Shown here: positions 1 to 10,035 of the stretch, piece by piece
How positions within the stretch are numbered: position 1 is the first letter of the stretch
How the letters are laid out: each line of letters opens with the position of its first letter
Origin: Escherichia phage vB_EcoM-RPN226
Direction: 5' to 3' (one strand)
Sequence record: OL770073.2
DNA length: 64,000 bases
The notes under the pieces: model-generated
Databases searched by the model: none
Told to the model about the DNA's origin: nothing
Seen by the model: only the letters and a program-made list of their open reading frames with translations
Translations under genes and position numbers: made by a program

Positions 1-99
1 AGATGGCGTTAAGTTGTACAACGCAGTATTTTTAGGAACATACAAAGTCATTCCTGAAAGTTGGATTAAACACTATAGTAAAGCCCGCTATGCATAAAG

Positions 100-155
100 T
101 TTAAAATTTTTTCATAAAACTATATACATCAGTAGTTGATTATGGTACTATATCA
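100..155 (+). promoter_or_regulatory. T4-type early (sigma70) promoter
   Basis: AT-rich upstream tract, -35-like TATACA, 17-bp spacer, -10 TACTAT at 146-151, followed by the conserved leader and a GGAG RBS before the ATG at 195. Confidence 0.5.
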
Positions 156-194
156 ATATCAACTACTGATACAGAAAACAACTTGGAGAATAAA

Positions 195-464
195 ATGGAA
201 AACTTAATTATCATCGAACAATCTTTCAACGATTATGGTATGGCTTATGGTTATCGTGCGATAATGGAAGATTCTCGTGGATGTGTTATCGATATTGCAG
301 AGTGTAAAGATTTACTGCAGCTTTTGAAGATTGTTCGTAAAAATTGGGATTGTGAAAACATTAAAGTTCGTGTTGTAACAGAAGAAGAAACTGTTTTTCA
401 TGATGTAAAATTCGCCAAAGGTGCTGCTACTCTTCTGAAACGCATCGCTCTACTGTTTAATTAA
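195..464 (+). CDS. hypothetical early protein
   Basis: ORF with GGAG RBS 7 nt upstream of ATG 195; the track start at 183 is a TTG. Confidence 0.5.
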   Translation: MENLIIIEQSFNDYGMAYGYRAIMEDSRGCVIDIAECKDLLQLLKIVRKNWDCENIKVRVVTEEETVFHDVKFAKGAATLLKRIALLFN

Positions 465-477
465 TGAGGAAATTGTA

Positions 478-693
478 ATGAAACGTAAAATTGTTCAGAA
501 TTGCACTAATGATGAATTTGAAGATGTATTATTTGATCCAAATTTGGTAGTAGTTCAAAAGGAACATACTAGCAAGTTTACTCACTTGACTTCTGTTTAT
601 GTGTATGAGAAAGCCGGTGATAAACAGCCAATTTACGGTGTATTTCGTGAAATTACTGAAGACGGCACAACTTACTGGAAGGAAATTTATTAA
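478..693 (+). CDS. hypothetical protein
   Basis: ORF with GAGGA RBS; tightly packed with neighbours. Confidence 0.5.
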   Translation: MKRKIVQNCTNDEFEDVLFDPNLVVVQKEHTSKFTHLTSVYVYEKAGDKQPIYGVFREITEDGTTYWKEIY

Positions 694-1112
694 TGGCTAT
701 TAAATTTGAAGTTAATAAATGGTATCAATTTAAAAATAAACAAGCCCAAGAAAATTTTATTAAAGACCATACTGATAACGGAATCTATGCACGACGTTTA
801 GGTATGGAGCCTTTTAAAATTTTAGATGCTGATTATCTTGGGCGTCCTACTAAAATTATGACATCCATAGGTGTGCTCAAACGTTGTGCCGGCGGTGATA
901 TCCTTGACGAAAACTTTATCTGGCTCTCTACTAACGAAGCTGGGTTCTTTGATGAAGTTGAAAATCCATATCAGGCTGCTGAAGAACAAGAGCAGGAAGA
1001 GCAAGAACAAATAGAAGATTTCACAGAATTCCCGGTAATGAAAGTTACTATTGAAAATAATGAACAAGCATGGTCCTTGTATCAGATGTTGAAAGCTCAC
1101 TTTAAGGAATAA
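693..1112 (+). CDS. hypothetical protein with acidic EQ-rich segment
   Basis: 139-aa ORF; ATG overlaps the upstream stop (TAATG). Confidence 0.5.
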   Translation: MAIKFEVNKWYQFKNKQAQENFIKDHTDNGIYARRLGMEPFKILDADYLGRPTKIMTSIGVLKRCAGGDILDENFIWLSTNEAGFFDEVENPYQAAEEQEQEEQEQIEDFTEFPVMKVTIENNEQAWSLYQMLKAHFKE

Positions 1113-1114
1113 TT

Positions 1115-1291
1115 ATGCCTCTTTATGATTATAAATGTCAATCCAAAGACTGTGCAAAAGAATACGAAAAAATCAAGAAAATTTCTGAAAGGGATACTGA
1201 TGTATGTCCTGATTGTCATCGGATTGCTATTCGGTTAGTTTCCGCTCCTAAGCATGTGAATGGTGGATTTTACGACTTACTTAAAGGGTGA
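1115..1291 (+). CDS. small zinc-ribbon protein (CxxC...CxxC)
   Basis: 58-aa ORF MPLYDYKCQSKDC...CPDCH, below the ORF-track size cutoff; RBS-like AAGGAA upstream. Confidence 0.5.
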   Translation: MPLYDYKCQSKDCAKEYEKIKKISERDTDVCPDCHRIAIRLVSAPKHVNGGFYDLLKG

Positions 1292-1293
1292 TT

Positions 1294-1665
1294 ATGTTTA
1301 AAATCGGTAAGAAGTATCGTGTTCGCGAAGGTGAAGAAAAGAAATATCTAATGTCTGCTATTTATAGGAATGGTTCTATTAATGCTGTAATATCTACAAG
1401 CGAATTTATCGTTGAAGATATGAAAGGTCATAATGTTACGATGATTAGTACAGCATCTGGAAATGACGGAAAAATTCTTCACAGTATGCAGAGTAATGTT
1501 CTAATTTATGCTGAAGAATTTGACTTCTTCGAAGAAGTTCCCGAAAATTTTGATTTTGGATGCACTATCACTATGAAATCTGGTGACCCTCTTTCCTTTA
1601 CAGTTAAAGATGAAAGAAGTCGCTTGAGAATTATTAGTCTCCTTCAAGCCATTAAATTTGAGTGA
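1294..1665 (+). CDS. hypothetical protein
   Basis: ORF; ATG at 1294 preferred over the GTG at 1288. Confidence 0.5.
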   Translation: MFKIGKKYRVREGEEKKYLMSAIYRNGSINAVISTSEFIVEDMKGHNVTMISTASGNDGKILHSMQSNVLIYAEEFDFFEEVPENFDFGCTITMKSGDPLSFTVKDERSRLRIISLLQAIKFE

Positions 1666-1669
1666 AATT

Positions 1670-1930
1670 ATGAAATATGTTAATCGTTCTATCGCGGCAT
1701 TAGTATTAGCAGTATCTTTAGTAGGATGTACTGATGCTGATAATGCAACCAAAGTTTTGTCTTCAAGTGGTTTTACTAATATTGAAATCACTGGATATAA
1801 TTGGTTCGGTTGCTCTGAAAATGATTTCCAGCATACTGGATTTCGTGCTATTGGACCTACCGGGCAGAAAGTAGAAGGAACAGTATGTTCTGGTCTATTC
1901 TTCAAGGATTCGACTATCCGTTTTAAATAA
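1670..1930 (+). CDS. predicted lipoprotein
   Basis: N-terminus MKYVNRSIAALVLAVSLVGC has a signal peptide and lipobox (LVGC). Confidence 0.55.
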   Translation: MKYVNRSIAALVLAVSLVGCTDADNATKVLSSSGFTNIEITGYNWFGCSENDFQHTGFRAIGPTGQKVEGTVCSGLFFKDSTIRFK

Positions 1931-1950
1931 AAGGCCTTCGGGCCTTTAGC
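1931..1950 (+). terminator. intrinsic terminator hairpin (UUCG loop)
   Basis: GGCCTTCGGGCC stem-loop followed by a T-rich tract. Confidence 0.6.
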
Positions 1951-1999
1951 TTTATGATTACCGGAGTATAATATTCCCGAAACCAAACGAGGATAAGTG

Positions 2000-3817
2000 A
2001 TGATTAAGAATGAAATTAAAATTCTGAGCGATATTGAACATATCAAAAAGCGTAGCGGCATGTATATTGGCTCTTCTGCTAATGAAATGCATGAGCGCTT
2101 TCTGTTTGGTAAATGGGAAAGTGTTCAGTATGTACCTGGTCTTGTTAAGCTTATTGATGAAATTATCGATAACTCAGTAGATGAAGGTATTCGTACTAAG
2201 TTTAAATTCGCAAATAAAATTAATGTTACTATCAAAAACAATCAAGTAACAGTTGAAGATAACGGTCGTGGTATTCCACAAGCGATGGTTAAAACACCTA
2301 CCGGTGAAGAAATTCCTGGTCCAGTTGCTGCATGGACTATTCCAAAAGCAGGTGGTAACTTTGGTGATGATAAAGAACGCGTCACTGGCGGTATGAACGG
2401 TGTTGGCTCTAGTTTAACTAACATTTTTTCTGTGATGTTTGTCGGTGAAACTGGCGACGGTCAAAATAATATTGTAGTTCGTTGTTCAAACGGCATGGAA
2501 AATAAATCGTGGGAAGATATTCCTGGAAAATGGAAAGGAACTCGCGTTACTTTCATTCCCGATTTTATGTCATTTGAAACTAATGAGCTATCTCAGGTTT
2601 ATCTTGACATTACACTAGATCGTCTCCAGACACTTGCAGTAGTTTATCCTGATATTCAATTTACCTTTAATGGTAAAAAGGTTCAGGGTAATTTTAAGAA
2701 ATACGCACGCCAATATGATGAGCATGCTATCGTTCAAGAACAAGAAAATTGTTCTATTGCGGTTGGTCGTTCACCGGATGGTTTTCGTCAATTAACATAC
2801 GTCAATAACATTCATACTAAGAATGGTGGCCACCACATTGACTGCGTTATGGATGATATTTGTGAAGACCTTATTCCACAAATCAAACGTAAATTTAAAA
2901 TTGACGTAACTAAAGCACGTGTTAAAGAATGTTTGACTATCGTTATGTTTGTTCGTGATATGAAAAACATGCGATTTGATTCTCAGACTAAAGAGCGTTT
3001 GACTTCTCCATTTGGTGAAATTCGTAGTCATATTCAGCTTGATGCTAAAAAGATTTCACGTGCTATTTTAAATAATGAAGCAATTTTAATGCCAATTATT
3101 GAAGCTGCTTTGGCTCGTAAATTGGCGGCAGAAAAAGCAGCAGAAACTAAAGCAGCTAAAAAGGCTTCTAAAGCTAAGGTTCATAAACATATTAAAGCGA
3201 ATCTTTGCGGTAAAGATGCTGATACTACTCTTTTCTTGACTGAGGGTGATTCGGCTATTGGATATCTTATTGATGTTCGTGATAAAGAACTTCATGGTGG
3301 TTATCCATTGCGTGGTAAAGTTCTTAACAGTTGGGGTATGTCATATGCTGATATGCTTAAAAACAAAGAACTGTTTGATATTTGCGCAATCACTGGATTG
3401 GTTCTTGGTGAAAAAGCCGAAAACTTGAATTATCATAATATTGCTATTATGACAGATGCTGACCATGATGGTCTAGGAAGCATTTATCCTTCTCTGCTCG
3501 GATTTTTTAGTAATTGGCCAGAACTGTTTGAACAAGGAAGAATTCGCTTTGTCAAAACTCCTGTAATCATCGCTCAGGTCGGTAAAAAACAAGAATGGTT
3601 TTATACAGTCGCTGAATATGAGAGTGCCAAAGATGCTCTACCTAAACATAGCATCCGTTATATTAAGGGACTTGGCTCTTTGGAAAAATCTGAATATCGT
3701 GAGATGATTCAAAATCCAGTATATGATGTTGTTAAACTTCCTGAGAATTGGAAAGAGCTTTTTGAAATGCTTATGGGAGATAATGCTGACCTTCGTAAAG
3801 AATGGATGAGCCAGTAG
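2000..3817 (+). CDS. 39: DNA topoisomerase II large subunit, single fused polypeptide (T4 gp39+gp60 equivalent)
   Basis: 605 aa, N-terminus MIKNEIKILSDIEHIKKRSGMYIGS (GyrB-like ATPase); continuous ORF with no bypass element. Confidence 0.9.
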   Translation: MIKNEIKILSDIEHIKKRSGMYIGSSANEMHERFLFGKWESVQYVPGLVKLIDEIIDNSVDEGIRTKFKFANKINVTIKNNQVTVEDNGRGIPQAMVKTPTGEEIPGPVAAWTIPKAGGNFGDDKERVTGGMNGVGSSLTNIFSVMFVGETGDGQNNIVVRCSNGMENKSWEDIPGKWKGTRVTFIPDFMSFETNELSQVYLDITLDRLQTLAVVYPDIQFTFNGKKVQGNFKKYARQYDEHAIVQEQENCSIAVGRSPDGFRQLTYVNNIHTKNGGHHIDCVMDDICEDLIPQIKRKFKIDVTKARVKECLTIVMFVRDMKNMRFDSQTKERLTSPFGEIRSHIQLDAKKISRAILNNEAILMPIIEAALARKLAAEKAAETKAAKKASKAKVHKHIKANLCGKDADTTLFLTEGDSAIGYLIDVRDKELHGGYPLRGKVLNSWGMSYADMLKNKELFDICAITGLVLGEKAENLNYHNIAIMTDADHDGLGSIYPSLLGFFSNWPELFEQGRIRFVKTPVIIAQVGKKQEWFYTVAEYESAKDALPKHSIRYIKGLGSLEKSEYREMIQNPVYDVVKLPENWKELFEMLMGDNADLRKEWMSQ

Positions 3818-3871
3818 TTTACTTTACCACAAGGATGTGGTATAATTAATTGGGCAAATGAGGACATTGAA

Positions 3872-4075
3872 ATGAAATCATACAGAGTAAATTTAGAACT
3901 TTTTGATAAAGCAGTTCATCGAGAATATAGAATCATTCAACGCTTTTTCGATATGGGAGAAGCCGAAGAGTTTAAAAACCGCTTTAAGGATATTAGAGAT
4001 AAAATTCAATCCGACACCGCAACTAAAGATGAACTACTAGAAGTTGCTGAAGTTATTAAACGCAATATGAATTAA
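3872..4075 (+). CDS. hypothetical protein (rIIA.1 position)
   Basis: 67-aa ORF between 39 and rIIA. Confidence 0.5.
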   Translation: MKSYRVNLELFDKAVHREYRIIQRFFDMGEAEEFKNRFKDIRDKIQSDTATKDELLEVAEVIKRNMN

Positions 4076-4085
4076 TGAGGAAATT

Positions 4086-6263
4086 ATGATTATCACCACT
4101 GAAAAAGAAACAATTCTTGGTAATGGTTCTAAATCAAAAGCATTTAGCATCACAGCGTCTCCTAAAGTATTTAAAATTCTGTCATCTGATTTGTATACAA
4201 ACAAGATTCGCGCAGTGGTTCGTGAATTGATTACCAACATGATTGATGCCCATGCTCTTAATGGAAATCCTGAAAAATTTATCATTCAAGTTCCAGGACG
4301 ATTAGATCCGCGATTTGTTTGCCGAGATTTTGGTCCAGGTATGAGCGATTTTGATATTCAGGGTGATGATAATTCTCCTGGGTTATATAATTCATACTTT
4401 AGTTCATCTAAGGCTGAGTCTAACGATTTCATTGGTGGATTTGGTTTAGGTTCTAAATCTCCGTTTAGTTATACTGATACATTTAGTATTACTTCATATC
4501 ATAAAGGTGAAATTCGTGGTTATGTAGCTTACATGGATGGTGATGGTCCACAGATTAAACCTACATTCGTAAAAGAAATGGGTCCAAACGATAAAACTGG
4601 TATTGAAATCGTAGTTCCAGTTGAAGAAAAAGACTTTAGAAACTTTGCTTATGAAGTTTCTTATATCATGCGACCATTCAAAGATTTGGCTATCATTAAT
4701 GGTCTTGACCGCGAAATTGATTATTTTCCGGATTTTGATAACTACTACGGCGTAAATCCAGAAAGATACTGGCCAGATCGTGGTGGATTGTACGCTATCT
4801 ATGGTGGTATTGTTTATCCTATTGACGGTGTTATTAGAGACCGTAACTGGTTAAGCATTCGCAATGAAGTGAATTATATTAAGTTTCCAATGGGTTCACT
4901 TGATATTGCTCCATCACGCGAAGCCCTTTCACTAGATGATCGTACTCGTAAAAATATTATTGAGCGTGTTAAAGAGCTTAGTGAGAAGGCATTCAATGAA
5001 GATGTAAAACGATTTAAAGAATCTACATCTCCTCGTCATACATACCGTGAATTGATGAAGATGGGATATTCTGCTCGAGATTATATGATTAGCAATTCAG
5101 TCAAATTTACGACTAAAAATCTGTCATATAAAAAGATGCAGAGCATGTTTGAACCTGACAGTAAGTTATGCAATGCAGGGGTTGTGTATGAAGTAAATCT
5201 TGACCCTCGACTGAAACGCATTAAACAAAGTCATGAAACTTCAGCCGTTGCGTCAAGCTATCGTCTGTTTGGTATTAATACAACAAAAATTAATATCGTT
5301 ATTGATAATATTAAAAATCGTGTTAATATTGTCCGTGGATTAGCACGTGCATTAGATGATAGTGAATTTAATAACACTCTGAATATTCATCATAACGAAC
5401 GTCTTCTGTTTATTAATCCGGAAGTAGAATCACAGATTGATTTACTTCCTGATATTATGGCAATGTTTGAAAGTGATGAAGTTAACATTCATTATTTGTC
5501 AGAAATCGAAGCTTTAGTTAAAAGTTATATTCCAAAGGTAGTAAAAAGTGCAGCTCCTCGTCCTAAAACTGCTACTGCATTTAAGTTTGAAATTAAAGAC
5601 GGACGCTGGGAAAAAGAGGAACTGTTTACACTCACATCAGAAGCAGATGAAATTACTGGTTATGTAGCATACATGCATCGTTTTGATATTTTCTCTATGG
5701 ATGGTACTACATCGCTTTGTAATCCGTCTACGAGTATTTTGACTCGTATGGCTAATCTTATTGGCATTAATGAATTTTATGTTATTCGTCCACTTTTACA
5801 GAAAAAGGTAAAAGAACTCGGTCAGTGCCAGTGTATTTTTGAAACTCTACGTGATTTATATGTAGATGCTTTTGATGCTGTAGATTATGATAAGTATGTA
5901 GGTTATTCAAGTTCAGCTAAACGATATATTGATAAAATTATTAAGTATCCTGAACTAGATTTTATGATGAAGTACTTTAGTACAGATAATGTTTCTGAAG
6001 AATATACTCGCCTTGGTAATATGGTCAGTTCATTGCAGGGTATATATTTCAACGGTGGAAAAGGTACCATCGGTCATGACATCTGGGCAGTAACTAATCT
6101 TTTTGAAACACTATCATATAATGCTTCAAAAAACAGTGATAAAATGGTTGCTGAGTTTACCAAGAAATTCCGTATTGTTTCCGACTTTATCGGTTATCGC
6201 AACTCTTTAAGTGATGATGAAGTTTCCCAAATCGCTAAAACTATGAAGGCCCTTGCGGCCTAA
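4086..6263 (+). CDS. rIIA: rIIA membrane-associated protein
   Basis: 725 aa (T4 rIIA size from memory); position directly upstream of rIIB. Confidence 0.85.
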   Translation: MIITTEKETILGNGSKSKAFSITASPKVFKILSSDLYTNKIRAVVRELITNMIDAHALNGNPEKFIIQVPGRLDPRFVCRDFGPGMSDFDIQGDDNSPGLYNSYFSSSKAESNDFIGGFGLGSKSPFSYTDTFSITSYHKGEIRGYVAYMDGDGPQIKPTFVKEMGPNDKTGIEIVVPVEEKDFRNFAYEVSYIMRPFKDLAIINGLDREIDYFPDFDNYYGVNPERYWPDRGGLYAIYGGIVYPIDGVIRDRNWLSIRNEVNYIKFPMGSLDIAPSREALSLDDRTRKNIIERVKELSEKAFNEDVKRFKESTSPRHTYRELMKMGYSARDYMISNSVKFTTKNLSYKKMQSMFEPDSKLCNAGVVYEVNLDPRLKRIKQSHETSAVASSYRLFGINTTKINIVIDNIKNRVNIVRGLARALDDSEFNNTLNIHHNERLLFINPEVESQIDLLPDIMAMFESDEVNIHYLSEIEALVKSYIPKVVKSAAPRPKTATAFKFEIKDGRWEKEELFTLTSEADEITGYVAYMHRFDIFSMDGTTSLCNPSTSILTRMANLIGINEFYVIRPLLQKKVKELGQCQCIFETLRDLYVDAFDAVDYDKYVGYSSSAKRYIDKIIKYPELDFMMKYFSTDNVSEEYTRLGNMVSSLQGIYFNGGKGTIGHDIWAVTNLFETLSYNASKNSDKMVAEFTKKFRIVSDFIGYRNSLSDDEVSQIAKTMKALAA

Positions 6264-6274
6264 TAAGGAAAATT

Positions 6275-7213
6275 ATGTACAATATTAAATGCCTGACCAA
6301 AAACGAACAAGCTGAAATTGTCAAACTGTATTCAAGCGGTAATTATACCCAACAGGAATTGGCTGATTGGCAAGGTGTATCGGTTGACACAATCCGTCGT
6401 GTTTTGAAAAATGCTGAAGAAGCTGAGCGTTCCAAAGTTACCATTAGCGGTGACATTACAGTTGAAGTTAAGAGTGATGTAGCTATTGCTCCAGTTGCTA
6501 AATCTGACATTATTTGGAATGCATCTAAAAAATTCATTTCAATTACTGTTGATGGCGTAACTTATAACGCAACTCCTAATACTCATTCAAACTTCCAGGA
6601 AATTCTTAATCTGCTTGTTGAAGATAAATTGGAAGAAGCAGCGCAAAAAATTAATGTTCGTCGCGCTGTTGAAAAATATATTTCCGGTGATGTTCGAATT
6701 GAAGGCGGAAGCTTGTTCTATCAAAATATTGAATTGCGGTCTGGTTTAGTTGATCGTATTCTCGATTCGATGGAAAAAGGTGAAAACTTTGAATTTTATT
6801 TTCCGTTCTTGGAAAATCTGTTGGAAAATCCAAGCCAAAAAGCAGTATCTCGACTCTTTGATTTCTTGGTAGCAAACGATATTGAAATTACAGAAGATGG
6901 TTACTTCTATGCTTGGAAAGTAGTTCGCAGCAATTACTTTGACTGTCATTCAAATACTTTTGATAACAGTCCTGGTAAAGTAGTTAAAATGCCACGTACT
7001 CGCGTGAATGACGATGATACACAAACTTGTTCTCGTGGTCTGCATGTGTGTTCTAAATCTTATATTCGTCACTTTGGCAGTTCAACCAGCCGAGTTGTAA
7101 AAGTTAAAGTACATCCTCGCGATGTAGTATCAATTCCGATCGATTACAACGATGCTAAAATGCGTACCTGCCAATACGAAGTAGTTGAAGACGTTACTGA
7201 ACAATTTAAATAA
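6275..7213 (+). CDS. rIIB: rIIB protein
   Basis: 312 aa (T4 rIIB size from memory); synteny. Confidence 0.85.
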   Translation: MYNIKCLTKNEQAEIVKLYSSGNYTQQELADWQGVSVDTIRRVLKNAEEAERSKVTISGDITVEVKSDVAIAPVAKSDIIWNASKKFISITVDGVTYNATPNTHSNFQEILNLLVEDKLEEAAQKINVRRAVEKYISGDVRIEGGSLFYQNIELRSGLVDRILDSMEKGENFEFYFPFLENLLENPSQKAVSRLFDFLVANDIEITEDGYFYAWKVVRSNYFDCHSNTFDNSPGKVVKMPRTRVNDDDTQTCSRGLHVCSKSYIRHFGSSTSRVVKVKVHPRDVVSIPIDYNDAKMRTCQYEVVEDVTEQFK

Positions 7214-7241
7214 GGGCTTCGGCCCTTAACTAAGGAAAATT

Positions 7242-7436
7242 ATGTTAGGTTATCAAGCACGAGTAAAAGAAGAATACGATCAATTAATGCTCAAAATTAA
7301 TGCACTGAGCAAATTTTTAGAAAGCGCAAAGTTTCTAACAGTTAGTGCAGTTGAGCAAGAACTGTTACTTTCACAGTTCATCTCAATGAAATCTTATGCT
7401 GAATGTCTAGAGAAAAGAATTGCACAATTCAAATAA
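7242..7436 (+). CDS. hypothetical protein
   Basis: 64-aa ORF flanked by UUCG hairpins. Confidence 0.45.
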   Translation: MLGYQARVKEEYDQLMLKINALSKFLESAKFLTVSAVEQELLLSQFISMKSYAECLEKRIAQFK

Positions 7437-7438
7437 AA

Positions 7439-7462
7439 TAAGGGCTTCGGCCCTTTTGTTTT
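7439..7462 (+). terminator. intrinsic terminator
   Basis: AAGGGCTTCGGCCCTT hairpin followed by TTTGTTTT. Confidence 0.6.
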
Positions 7463-7521
7463 AAGAGAAATTATGATTTATTATATGAATATCAGTGATT
7501 CCGGCATAAAGGAAAGTTTAA

Positions 7522-8079
7522 ATGCAGAAAACGAATCCGGGTTTACAGAGACTATTTCAGATTCCGACATTTACCCTATCGAACAGTGACTTGACTAGTG
7601 AAATGAAGGTCAAAATTGCTGATACAGCAAGATACTCTTTAAAACAAAATCCAAATCAGGATAAGGCAGAAGTTATCGAAAGATGCCGTATCGCTGTGTA
7701 CGCAGAATTTTTTGTGGCAGATTGGCTAAGCGGATATGTCAATAAAGGCCAAGAAGATGTCGATGATCCGTACACATATGCATGGGATGTACTGGCGCAT
7801 CCAAAATACTGCGGGCTTCGTGTAGAAGTCAAAACACATCAAACTGACTCACGTTGGATTTCGGTAACAACCGGATGCAGCGGAGAGTATCCATACGGTT
7901 CTGGAATAAATCTAGGGCCCATTCTAAATCATCAAGTCGCTGACTGTATAATTATATTCAACACTAAAGAAATTCATCCAGGTGTCATCCAGTACACTCC
8001 GAAATTCATCGGTGATAGAGAAGACCTTCGTAAGGTTGTAAGAAAAAGCAACTACAATGGATGGTATCTTTCCATTTAA
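7522..8079 (+). CDS. denB: endonuclease IV
   Basis: 185 aa (T4 DenB size from memory); position after rIIB. Confidence 0.7.
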   Translation: MQKTNPGLQRLFQIPTFTLSNSDLTSEMKVKIADTARYSLKQNPNQDKAEVIERCRIAVYAEFFVADWLSGYVNKGQEDVDDPYTYAWDVLAHPKYCGLRVEVKTHQTDSRWISVTTGCSGEYPYGSGINLGPILNHQVADCIIIFNTKEIHPGVIQYTPKFIGDREDLRKVVRKSNYNGWYLSI

Positions 8080-8096
8080 AAATTTTCACAAAACGG

Positions 8097-8125
8097 TTTA
8101 CATACCACAAGGACTGTGGTAATAT
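8097..8125 (+). promoter_or_regulatory. T4-type early promoter
   Basis: TTTACA, 17-bp spacer, TAATAT, then conserved ACAACTATCAACTG leader and GGAG RBS. Confidence 0.65.
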
Positions 8126-8159
8126 ACAACTATCAACTGATACGGATTTGGAGAATAAA

Positions 8160-8366
8160 ATGTTTACTACAGCTGAATTAAAACGAGCAAAAGCTAAGAA
8201 AGGGCAAGGAAAATATAAAGCTGAATTAGTTAAAGAACTTCAGTTTGCTGAGGCTGAATTGAATTCAATGATTATTCAAAATGCTCCAGAAACTGAAATT
8301 GCTCTTAAGCGTATTGCGAATAAGTGTCTTCGTGATGCAATCGTCGATCTTTTAGCGGATTATTGA
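8160..8366 (+). CDS. hypothetical protein
   Basis: 68-aa ORF behind the early promoter and RBS. Confidence 0.5.
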   Translation: MFTTAELKRAKAKKGQGKYKAELVKELQFAEAELNSMIIQNAPETEIALKRIANKCLRDAIVDLLADY

Positions 8367-8584
8367 GTAAAATGAAAATCGTTGAGATTGAACTATGAGT
8401 TCATTATGGTGGTGTTTTGTTTGGTTAATTAGTATTCCAGTAATTTGTTTAACATTTACTTTTGTAATGAGGTTATTATGAAAATTTTGAATTCTGTACT
8501 TATTGCTTGTGCGTGGTGGGTTGCACAAGTTTCAGCGGTAGTAGTTGGTATTCACATTTATTACGAATATTTTTAAAAAAGTTG

Positions 8585-8613
8585 TTTACAAGACTGTTCC
8601 TCTATGGTACTAT
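8585..8613 (+). promoter_or_regulatory. T4-type early promoter
   Basis: TTTACA, 17-bp spacer, TACTAT, conserved ACAACTATCAACT leader. Confidence 0.65.
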
Positions 8614-8641
8614 ACAACTATCAACTACGGAGGAACAGAAA

Positions 8642-8755
8642 ATGAAAAAGATTATTAAAGCTATATGGAATGTAGTTATAATACTAATAGTTTTGAGTAT
8701 ATTCCCAATCGTTTTAATGATTGATGTATTAAACGTTTACTTTGGATTTATGTGA
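8642..8755 (+). CDS. small hydrophobic membrane peptide
   Basis: 37-aa ORF, one predicted transmembrane helix. Confidence 0.4.
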   Translation: MKKIIKAIWNVVIILIVLSIFPIVLMIDVLNVYFGFM

Positions 8756-8762
8756 GGAAAAT

Positions 8763-8960
8763 ATGAAGCGTAAACGCAGTGCTTTTACATTTATTGAATG
8801 GTTTTTCGATAATATTTTTCCGGCTTTATTCATTTTCATGCTGATTTTTGCCTTAGGTTCAGTTGTAGTTGGAATCTATTTGATGGCGGTAGTCGGAATG
8901 GATATTCATCAAAATGGTTTAAAATCCGTAGTTGAAACAATTTGGAATGGTGTAAAATGA
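8763..8960 (+). CDS. small membrane protein
   Basis: 65-aa ORF with hydrophobic core. Confidence 0.45.
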   Translation: MKRKRSAFTFIEWFFDNIFPALFIFMLIFALGSVVVGIYLMAVVGMDIHQNGLKSVVETIWNGVK

Positions 8961-9075
8961 TGAATTTACTAAACATTTGGTTTTATATTCTTATGTTTTA
9001 CATTGGTGCAAATTTCCCATATTGGATGGGATGGTCAACAACTGCGTTTGGATTTTATACTCCTTGAGGTGAATT

Positions 9076-9291
9076 ATGAAAATCTTTAAAGATGTAAAAG
9101 TTGGTGAAATTTTTTGCTTAGATAATGGTGATCAGTTAATTCGTATTTCGCCTCTTAAAAGCACTAGCGAGAAAATGACAGTTAACGCTACTTTAGCAAA
9201 TAACAACAATGAACGTTTCTGTATTGAAAATGATACTGAAACTTATACTGTAGAAGAGTTTTGGGAATTGAGCGTCGACTGCGACGATTAA
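9076..9291 (+). CDS. hypothetical protein
   Basis: 71-aa ORF with RBS. Confidence 0.45.
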   Translation: MKIFKDVKVGEIFCLDNGDQLIRISPLKSTSEKMTVNATLANNNNERFCIENDTETYTVEEFWELSVDCDD

Positions 9292-9351
9292 TTTAATGGC
9301 CGCATGGATACATGCGGTCTTGGAGCAGAAAATAATTTAGAGGAAATTAAT

Positions 9352-9795
9352 ATGAAATACATGACTGTTACTGATCTGAATAATGCAGGCGCTACTGTTA
9401 TTGGTACAATTAAGGGTGGTGAATGGTTTTTAGGAACTCCGCATAAAGATATTTTATCTAAACCTGGATTTTACTTTTTAGTAAGTGAATTCGATGGTTC
9501 ATGCGTATCTGCACGATTTTATGTAGGTAATCAGCGTTCTAAGCAAGGATTCAGCGCAGTTCTAAGTCATATTCGTCAACGCCGGTCTCAGCTTGCGCGT
9601 ACTATTGCAAATAACAATATGGTATACACAGTATTTTATCTGCCTGCTTCTAAGATGAAACCTCTGACGACAGGATTTGGAAAAGGTCAGTTAGCTTTGG
9701 CGTTTACTCGTAACCATCATTCTGAGTATCAAACGCTTGAAGAAATGAATCGTATGTTGGCTGATAACTTTAAATTTGTTTTGCAGGCATACTAA
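9352..9795 (+). CDS. ndd: nucleoid disruption protein
   Basis: 147 aa, [33 protein letters not shown]... matches remembered T4 Ndd; GAGGAAA RBS. Confidence 0.8.
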
Positions 9796-9875
9796 TGAGT
9801 AATTTCCACAACGAACACGTGATGCAGTTCTATCGTAACAATCTTAAAACCAAAGGCGTCTTCGGACGCCAGTGA
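9795..9875 (+). CDS. stp: Stp peptide (activator of host PrrC anticodon nuclease)
   Basis: 26-aa [29 protein letters not shown]; ATG overlaps the ndd stop. Confidence 0.85.
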
Positions 9876-9882
9876 GGAAAAT

Positions 9883-10035
9883 ATGAAATTTGTTTATGGC
9901 ATAGCCTTTTTCTGTTGGTCCTTTTTATGCATCGGAACAGTAATAACTGGAGAAACTTCAGTATTTTTACAAGCAACAGCTCAAGGCGTATTAGCGGTTT
10001 TATCATTGTTTTGGCTATTAGATAAAAATGATTAA
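9883..10035 (+). CDS. small membrane protein (ac position)
   Basis: 50-aa hydrophobic ORF immediately after stp. Confidence 0.45.
   Translation: MKFVYGIAFFCWSFLCIGTVITGETSVFLQATAQGVLAVLSLFWLLDKND

Noticed and set aside
1501-2061. 186-aa minus-strand ORF spanning the lipoprotein gene and the start of gene 39
   Set aside because: Antisense to two plus-strand genes with proper RBSs; it crosses a terminator hairpin and has no promoter or RBS of its own.
3817-4086. Gene 60-type translational bypass or mobA insertion after the topoisomerase gene
   Set aside because: The topoisomerase ORF is continuous to 605 aa, and the only downstream ORF is a 67-aa protein with normal start and stop. No coding gap is present.
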